Notes under the pieces: model-generated
Databases searched by the model: none
The model's input: the letters and a program-made list of their open reading frames with translations, nothing else
Told to the model about the DNA's origin: nothing
Assembly (NCBI GenBank): GCA_964468425.1
Contig: CAYXSZ010000055.1
Location: 1 to 5,029 of the forward strand
Reading direction: 5' to 3'
Length of the DNA: 5,029 nucleotides
From: Candidatus Woesearchaeota archaeon
Lineage (GTDB): Archaea; Nanobdellota; Nanobdellia; Nanobdellales; Nanobdellaceae
Shown: positions 1-4,599 of the stretch, piece after piece
How positions within the stretch are numbered: the first letter of the stretch is position 1
Layout of the letters: every line of letters starts with the position of its first letter
Translations under genes and position numbers: made by a program

Positions 1-8
1 TTAAAAAA

Positions 9-1277
9 TTAAAAAAAGTCTATTTTGTATATAGAAACTTTATCTTCTACAGCTTCCTTATATTTGTCTAAAATATATTCAATAGCCTCTCGTGAAGTTC
101 TAACCTTTCTCTTTCCAAAAACGATTATCCTTCCAGAATCATCGAATTTTATTTCTGAATCTTTCCACCTCTCATAAAAATTTTCACTATTTTCTCTAAC
201 CCATACAGGTGGTCCCATTTTCTTTTCATATTCAGGAAGACTTTCTGGATAATAGTAAACGAATATTTCTGCTAAAGAATTTAGATTTTTTTGAAAAACA
301 ATATCTATATCTTCTACCACAAACCCCAGAGACTTTAGATTCTTAGAGATCAGCTCAGTGAACTTTAAAACTTTTGTATTTGCAACATCTAAATTGTTAC
401 TCTGTCCTTTAACTATCAAATATATTAATTTTACCCCTAGTTTCTTGCTTTTCTCAACAGCTTTACTTAAATTAATTGTTTTCTTTTCAAAATATTTTTC
501 AGCATTATTAATGTCTTCGAGCAAGCGTCGCGAGTAGAAGATAAAGCTTGCAAATGCTTTTCCTCTTACAGCGGAAGTAATATTTCTTTCAGGATAAACT
601 GGATCTATAACGACTATAGGAGACTTTAACTTGTGCTTATCTAGCTTTTTAAAAATCTCCTGTAAATTTTTAAACGCCTTTTCAGGATCTATTATTACTT
701 TAGGTCTCCAGTTTGAAGCTGCTTTTAGAAGATTCATGAAGCTTCCATAATATATCGTAAGTACTTCACAAGCGTATCCGGAAAACCCATTGACGTATGA
801 TTCCGCTCCATAAGCATTAATTGCCTTCGCAAAGGCTTTTGTTAGTCTGATCTCATCAGCTAACTTTGGGTCTTCGGAGATCTTCGATTTGACATATTTT
901 ATGTGAAAAGGGGAAATATCTGTTACATTTTTAGCCTCTTTTGGATTAGAAATCTTGAGAATTGGAACTAGCTCAAATTCCAAATCATGAAATGGCACCT
1001 TAAAGTAATCTCTAGAGCCATGGACTCGAATGTAGTTGAAATTTAATTCCTTGAGTGTGTTTTCAAGCTTATCTGAAATTTCTTCATCGTTTTCGAAGAG
1101 GACATAAACATCTACGTCCGAAACTCCCCTTAACCATGTTCCCTTTCCGATTGAACCTCCAACCATCGTTTCCAAACCAGCATCTTCAAGTATTTCGAGA
1201 AACTCGTTTATTTTGTTCCAAATTATTTTTTCTTCTTCTTTAGATGGCTTAATCTTTTTTAAGATCTCTTCAAACAT
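9..1277 (-). CDS. cca: CCA-adding enzyme (archaeal class I tRNA nucleotidyltransferase)
   Basis: This is a 422-aa ORF. Its N-terminal nucleotidyltransferase signature GGSIGKGTWLRGVSDVDVYVLF (G[SG]..KGT...DxD) and its length are typical of archaeal CCA-adding enzymes. The ATG at 1277..1275 shares one nucleotide with the aRF1 stop codon. The stop codon is TAA at 11..9. Confidence 0.88.
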   Translation of the reverse strand: MFEEILKKIKPSKEEEKIIWNKINEFLEILEDAGLETMVGGSIGKGTWLRGVSDVDVYVLFENDEEISDKLENTLKELNFNYIRVHGSRDYFKVPFHDLEFELVPILKISNPKEAKNVTDISPFHIKYVKSKISEDPKLADEIRLTKAFAKAINAYGAESYVNGFSGYACEVLTIYYGSFMNLLKAASNWRPKVIIDPEKAFKNLQEIFKKLDKHKLKSPIVVIDPVYPERNITSAVRGKAFASFIFYSRRLLEDINNAEKYFEKKTINLSKAVEKSKKLGVKLIYLIVKGQSNNLDVANTKVLKFTELISKNLKSLGFVVEDIDIVFQKNLNSLAEIFVYYYPESLPEYEKKMGPPVWVRENSENFYERWKDSEIKFDDSGRIIVFGKRKVRTSREAIEYILDKYKEAVEDKVSIYKIDFF

Positions 1278-2359
1278 CAGTAAAGTTTGTATCTAAGTAT
1301 GGCGCCGATTTTAAAATTCGCAAATTGTTCTCCTTCTGGATGTTCTTTTGAAATTATTTCAATTTCGGCTGAACTCGCTTTAGCTAAATCCAGCAGCTCC
1401 TTAACAAGATCTTTACATTCTTCGGAAACTAATACTACTTCCGCAGCACCCATCTCGAGAGCTTCTTTCACATCATCAAGCCCGTAAACGACTAATCCAT
1501 CACCTTTTCCTAAATGCTCGAAGAATTTTTTGACCAACTCCGTTTCTCGGATGTATTGGGTTTTTTGCAGAACGTCTTTGGCTTTTTCTACGAGTTCTTT
1601 TAAACCAAATTCGTTGGAGTATCCTGTATCATACATTCCTAAAACTTTTTGTTTAAGATAATATGGAAGATAATCTTCCTTTAAAAATCGCTCTTTGAGG
1701 GGACCAGGCCCTCCCACGAGAATTCCAATGAGCTTATCTTTGTAACGATCAAAATGTTCTCTTGCTTTTTCTCCAATGTATTTTAACCATTCATGAACAT
1801 CTTGTTCAATTAATCTTTGAAATCGTACTGAAGATTGACCTCCTGCTCTAATTTTTCCAGGGACCCATGAATCTCTACTTTCTAAAACCTGAATGCGACT
1901 TCCCTTTAGAACCCCTATGCTAGCTTCTCCCCGATCAAGTACAATCAACCCGTAAACCTGTTTCGGTTCTAGCATTTGTTTTAGCGGATCTAGAACAAAC
2001 CTAGAATCGCATCGATAAATTCGTATATTTAAAGGTTCTGGTGGCTCAAAAGCCCAAAGGCGGATATCTGTCCTCCCTTCTTCGCCAACATTTCCGCAAA
2101 AAATCACTAAACCGTTTTTTGGAATCTTCTTGAAGTGTTTCAAATAATTAATGATCTTTGCAAGAGCATCCATTACGTTCTGCCTCGTGTTCTTATCCTT
2201 GATATTCTGTGCAGTCGAGTATTCATAGCTTAAATGACTCATTAAATGGGATATGTCGTACTCTCCAGGAATGTAGTATGACACGAGCTCTGTCCCTCTA
2301 CCCTGAATCTTCTCAAGTTCCTCGATTAGCATCTGAAGCTCGATGAGCTTAGGATCCAT
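1277..2359 (-). CDS. prf1: Peptide chain release factor aRF1
   Basis: The protein carries the GGQ motif (KIRAGGQSSVRFQRL), a YxCxxxF motif (IYRCDSRF) and a NIKS-like motif (QNIKDKNTRQNV). The track starts the ORF at a TTG (2374). I prefer the in-frame ATG at 2359..2357 (MDPKLIELQ...) because the palindromic TATA-like box AATTTAAATT (2381-2390) is centred about 26 nt from it and only about 11 nt from the TTG. The stop codon is TGA at 1279..1277. Confidence 0.9.
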   Translation of the reverse strand: MDPKLIELQMLIEELEKIQGRGTELVSYYIPGEYDISHLMSHLSYEYSTAQNIKDKNTRQNVMDALAKIINYLKHFKKIPKNGLVIFCGNVGEEGRTDIRLWAFEPPEPLNIRIYRCDSRFVLDPLKQMLEPKQVYGLIVLDRGEASIGVLKGSRIQVLESRDSWVPGKIRAGGQSSVRFQRLIEQDVHEWLKYIGEKAREHFDRYKDKLIGILVGGPGPLKERFLKEDYLPYYLKQKVLGMYDTGYSNEFGLKELVEKAKDVLQKTQYIRETELVKKFFEHLGKGDGLVVYGLDDVKEALEMGAAEVVLVSEECKDLVKELLDLAKASSAEIEIISKEHPEGEQFANFKIGAILRYKLY

Positions 2360-2380
2360 TTTCCTTCGTTTCAAAAAATC

Positions 2381-2390
2381 AATTTAAATT
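2381..2390 (-). promoter_or_regulatory. TATA-like box for aRF1-cca transcription unit
   Basis: The AATTTAAATT box is centred about 26.5 nt upstream of the aRF1 ATG at 2359. That spacing fits archaeal TATA-to-TSS distance and a leaderless mRNA. There is no comparable box upstream of cca, so cca is probably co-transcribed. Confidence 0.4.
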
Positions 2391-2610
2391 AAATGATCTT
2401 AAAAATAAATCATTAGATAAACTCGGCTAGAGAGATCAGCACTACAACCATTCATAACATTACAAATACACTGTACAAACTACGATGTAGTCACCGAGAC
2501 TCTAAAGAAATACCATATCATGTTTAGATACTTCCTTCAAAAAGAGTCTTTTAGTTAACAAGGTTTATGACGAAGCAATTTGCTAGGTATGAAGTTGATC
2601 ATAAAAAAAT

Positions 2611-2649
2611 AGACTAAAAAATTAAAATAGGACTCAAAAAATAAAGTTA
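2611..2649 (+). repeat. Imperfect tandem ~19-nt A-rich direct repeat upstream of MgtC-like gene
   Basis: GACTAAAAAATTAAAAT (2612-2628) and GACTCAAAAAATAAAGT (2631-2647) match at 14 of 17 positions by hand alignment. Each copy contains a TATA-like stretch. Confidence 0.3.
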
Positions 2650-2653
2650 TCAT

Positions 2654-3052
2654 ATGTGGGACAACTTGATGAAGCTACTAATTAGCACAGCTCTCTCAGC
2701 TCTGTTAGGTTTTGAAAGAGAAGTGCATCGAAAACCAGCAGGGCTCAAAACACATATTTTGGTAGGAATAGGTTCTACCATTTTAACTATTCTTTCATAT
2801 CAATACTTTCCGGGAGGAGATCCTTCTCGAATAGCGTCATACATAATAGCGGGGATAGGTTTCATAGGAGCTGGGACAATAATGAAGGAAGAAAATAAAG
2901 TTATTGGATTAACTACCGCATCCTCTTTATGGTTAGTTTCCGCAATAGGAATGGCTGTGGGAGTCGGCGCCTATGACTTAGCAATAGCAGGAACATTAAT
3001 TGGCTTGATAACCCTTTTGCTAACAAAAGTCGAGAGGAAACTTGAGCAGTAG
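2654..3052 (+). CDS. MgtC/SapB family integral membrane protein (membrane domain only)
   Basis: This is a 132-aa hydrophobic ORF. The N-terminal motif LLGFEREVHRKPAGLKTHILVGIGST matches the conserved G.ERE...K.AG.RTH.LV signature of the MgtC family. It lacks the soluble C-terminal domain of the longer bacterial MgtC proteins. An alternative in-frame ATG lies at 2669. The stop codon is TAG at 3050-3052. Confidence 0.75.
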   Translation: MWDNLMKLLISTALSALLGFEREVHRKPAGLKTHILVGIGSTILTILSYQYFPGGDPSRIASYIIAGIGFIGAGTIMKEENKVIGLTTASSLWLVSAIGMAVGVGAYDLAIAGTLIGLITLLLTKVERKLEQ

Positions 3053-3053
3053 C

Positions 3054-3102
3054 TCAGCCAGCCCATCTTTCTTCACTTATCCGCAATGGGATTAGTCATC
3101 AC
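3054..3102 (-). ncRNA. C/D box sRNA (2'-O-methylation guide), box-to-box core
   Basis: The minus strand reads GTGATGA (C) - CTAATCCCATTG (12 nt) - CGGA (D') - TAA - GTGAAGA (C') - AAGATGGGCTGG (12 nt) - CTGA (D). The C and D boxes are perfect, and C' and D' have one mismatch each while keeping the GA dinucleotides. Both guides are exactly 12 nt, and the 49-nt core is typical of archaeal sRNAs. It is intergenic, and a TATA box is centred about 25 nt upstream of the C box. The terminal stem is weak (about 2 bp). Confidence 0.65.
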
Positions 3103-3123
3103 TCTGAGATCTATACAAAAGCA

Positions 3124-3131
3124 TTTTAAAA
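3124..3131. promoter_or_regulatory. Palindromic TATA box (TTTTAAAA), candidate bidirectional promoter for S17 (+) and C/D sRNA (-)
   Basis: The palindrome centre at 3127/3128 lies 24.5 nt from the S17 ATG (3152) and 25.5 nt from the first base of the sRNA C box (3102). A purine-rich BRE-like CAAAAG lies immediately 5' on the plus strand. Confidence 0.5.
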
Positions 3132-3151
3132 CATTTTTCGCAGAACTCTAA

Positions 3152-3514
3152 ATGGTGAAGGTTTATGTTAAAGACCTCGGAATCGAAGGATTAAAACCTC
3201 CAACTGAAACCTGCAGCGACGAAAACTGCGCTTGGCACGGAGATATTAGAGTTAGGGGAAGAATATTCAAGGGAGTAGTAGTCAAATCTAGACACCATCA
3301 CGTTTCCGTCGAGTTCTACAGATACGTATATATACCAAAGTATGAAAGGTACGAAGTTAGAAAAACTAAGATAAAAGCTCATAATCCTCCATGCATCAAC
3401 GCAAAGGAAGGAGACATAGTGATAATTGGAGAAACCAGACCCATATCCAAAACTATTCACTTTGTGGTGCTCCAGAAGCTTGGCAGGAGAGAAGAGGCTG
3501 TAATCGAAGAATAA
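3152..3514 (+). CDS. rps17: 30S ribosomal protein S17 (uS17)
   Basis: This is a 120-aa ORF. WHGDIRVRGRIFKGVVVKS...YIPKYERYEVRKTKIKAHNPPCINAKEGDIVIIGETRPISKTIHFVV closely follows the conserved archaeal S17 pattern. The stop codon is TAA at 3512-3514. Confidence 0.93.
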   Translation: MVKVYVKDLGIEGLKPPTETCSDENCAWHGDIRVRGRIFKGVVVKSRHHHVSVEFYRYVYIPKYERYEVRKTKIKAHNPPCINAKEGDIVIIGETRPISKTIHFVVLQKLGRREEAVIEE

Positions 3515-3539
3515 AAACTTTGCTACGAAATTATAAAAG

Positions 3540-3941
3540 ATGAAAGCGATTAAAGCCCAAGTTACAAGAGCTCTTCCTGTTGGAGCTAGATTGGTTGTTG
3601 CAGATAACTCTAAAGCTAAAGAGGTTGAGATCATCGCCGTAAAAGGTTATAAAGGAGTTAAGAGACGATTAGCTTGTGCTGGTGTTGGAGATCTCGTAAT
3701 AGTTTCAGTCAAGAAAGGAGATATCTCTTTGGTAGGAAAGGTAGTTCCCGCAGTAATTATTCGCCAAAAAAAAGAATATAGAAGATATAATGGATGGAGA
3801 GTCAAGTTCGAGGACAACGCGTGTGTAATTCTTAAGGATGAAAAAGGATCTCCAATGGGAACTATAGTTAAGGGTCCCGTAGCCCAAGAAGCTGTCCAAC
3901 GCTTTCCAGAAATTGGAAAAATAGCCTCTATTATCGTATAA
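3540..3941 (+). CDS. rpl14: 50S ribosomal protein L14 (uL14)
   Basis: This is a 133-aa [53 protein letters not shown]...[23 protein letters not shown] matches the archaeal L14 pattern. It starts 25 nt after S17. An A-rich box, ATAAAAAC (3511-3518), is centred 25.5 nt upstream of the ATG. Confidence 0.93.
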   Translation: MKAIKAQVTRALPVGARLVVADNSKAKEVEIIAVKGYKGVKRRLACAGVGDLVIVSVKKGDISLVGKVVPAVIIRQKKEYRRYNGWRVKFEDNACVILKDEKGSPMGTIVKGPVAQEAVQRFPEIGKIASIIV

Positions 3942-3945
3942 ATCC

Positions 3946-3953
3946 TTTTTAAC
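3946..3953 (+). promoter_or_regulatory. TATA-like box (TTTTTAAC) upstream of tRNA-Ala
   Basis: The box is centred about 25.5 nt upstream of tRNA position +1 (G3975), in the 33-nt gap after the L14 stop codon. That spacing would start transcription at or very near the mature 5' end. Confidence 0.35.
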
Positions 3954-3974
3954 TTTAAGACAAAATACTCTTCA

Positions 3975-4046
3975 GGGCCCGTGGTCTAGCGGTAGGACGC
4001 CGGCCTTGCAAGCCGGAGGTCCCGGGTTCGAATCCCGGCGGGTCCA
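3975..4046 (+). tRNA. tRNA-Ala (anticodon UGC), no encoded 3' CCA
   Basis: I folded the cloverleaf by hand. The acceptor stem is GGGCCCG/CGGGTCC and includes the G3:U70 alanine identity pair. The D stem is GTCT/GGAC. The anticodon stem is CCGGC/GCCGG, with loop CTTGCAA (anticodon TGC at 4007-4009). The variable loop is 5 nt. The T arm is CCGGG-TTCGAAT-CCCGG, and the discriminator is A4046. G/C make up 52 of 72 nt, against an AT-rich background. The tRNA is followed by ATAC, not CCA. Confidence 0.95.
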
Positions 4047-4055
4047 ATACCTAAA

Positions 4056-4068
4056 TTTTTCTGTTTCT
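4056..4068 (+). terminator. Oligo-T tract downstream of tRNA-Ala
   Basis: TTTTTCTGTTTCT begins 10 nt after the tRNA 3' end. Archaeal RNA polymerase commonly terminates at T-rich tracts. Confidence 0.35.
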
Positions 4069-4091
4069 GAACACTATAATGTGCGGATTCT

Positions 4092-4114
4092 TAGAGGTTA
4101 GAAACTTCTATTTT
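4092..4114. terminator. Hairpin plus T4 between convergent tRNA and DUF357-like gene
   Basis: TAGAGGT (4092-4098) pairs with ACTTCTA (4104-4110) to give a 7-bp stem with one G:U pair and a 5-nt loop, followed by TTTT. It lies in the convergent intergenic space, 15 nt from the stop codon of the minus-strand gene. Confidence 0.25.
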
Positions 4115-4128
4115 AGTTTCGTGGTTGT

Positions 4129-4401
4129 CTACACGTCTTGCTCAATTTTAAACCATTTCTTAATCTCGGCAGGAACTTCTATCAAATCCAAGTTCGCAAG
4201 AGCATCAAGCAACCCCCAGATGTAGTTAACTAGCTCAAAAGCTTCTAATTTCTTACCTGACTTATAAAAATGTTTACAATCTTCCCAATAGGATAGAATC
4301 ATATTCCATAAATCCTTAATTTGGTTGGATTTTGGATTAACTTTCTGAAAAACAATCGAAAGTTTGCTAATTTCTCTATCTAGAAGATTGTCAAACTCCA
4401 T
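4129..4401 (-). CDS. Small all-helical protein, DUF357-like (function unknown)
   Basis: This is a 90-aa ORF. The segment YWEDCKHFYKSGKKLEAFELVNYIWGLLDALANLDLIEV resembles, as I recall it, the archaeal DUF357 pattern Y..D...F...G....A.....Y..G.LDA. A TATA-like box is centred about 23.5 nt upstream of the ATG. The stop codon is TAG. Confidence 0.55.
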   Translation of the reverse strand: MEFDNLLDREISKLSIVFQKVNPKSNQIKDLWNMILSYWEDCKHFYKSGKKLEAFELVNYIWGLLDALANLDLIEVPAEIKKWFKIEQDV

Positions 4402-4419
4402 GTGAGGTTATTATTCATA

Positions 4420-4427
4420 TTTTTAAA
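4420..4427. promoter_or_regulatory. TATA box (TTTTTAAA, palindromic core TTTAAA) between divergent ATGs at 4401 (-) and 4452 (+)
   Basis: The core centre at 4424.5 lies 23.5 nt from the minus-strand ATG (4401) and 27.5 nt from the plus-strand ATG (4452). Both distances are compatible with leaderless initiation. Confidence 0.4.
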
Positions 4428-4599
4428 CCTTTTTCTATTATATTATCTTTTATGACAGGTGAAATTAGTTCTGTTTTGAGCTGTCGGAAGCGCTGTCTGT
4501 ATTGACAACTTAGTAGCTATTGTAGAGAATCTAAGGTCGCAGGGTGTTTTAGCAGCACGAGATTTATTTTGGGTAGGAAAGAGAGAATTACCAAGTAAA

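Noticed and set aside
853-859. C-box-like TGATGA on the minus strand inside cca (also at 1473-1478 inside aRF1)
   Set aside because: The preceding base is a pyrimidine rather than a purine. No D', C' or D boxes occur at 12-nt guide spacing, and both sites sit in-frame in coding sequence (GAT GAG / GAT GAT codons).
1055-1487. Two plus-strand ORFs (1055-1243, 62 aa; 1287-1487, 66 aa)
   Set aside because: They are antisense to the cca and aRF1 coding regions. They are Ser/Leu/Phe-rich shadow frames with no promoter context.
1277-2359. Stop-codon reassignment implied by the NIKD variant in aRF1
   Set aside because: All three stop codons terminate well-conserved genes at their expected lengths within this window: TAA for cca, S17 and L14, TAG for the MgtC-like and DUF357-like genes, and TGA for aRF1.
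2567-2617. 16-codon plus-strand ORF (MTKQFARYEVDHKKID) and other mini-ORFs in the aRF1/MgtC-like spacer
   Set aside because: They are too short to support from sequence alone, they have no convincing promoter spacing, and AT-rich spacers generate such ORFs by chance.
3049-3060. tRNA-like GTAGCTCAGCCA string at the MgtC-like stop codon (possible tRNA or split-tRNA half)
   Set aside because: No complementary GAGC closes a D stem, and there is no acceptor-stem partner and no anticodon or T arm downstream. The string is explained as the reverse complement of the sRNA D box and its flanks (…GGCTGG CTGA GCTAC).
3191-3634. 147-aa minus-strand ORF spanning the S17/L14 junction
   Set aside because: It is fully antisense to two confidently identified ribosomal protein genes. 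Its sequence is low-complexity and hydrophobic with no recognisable motif, so it is a shadow ORF.
3705-3899. 64-aa minus-strand ORF inside L14
   Set aside because: It is antisense to the well-supported L14 gene and has no independent signals.
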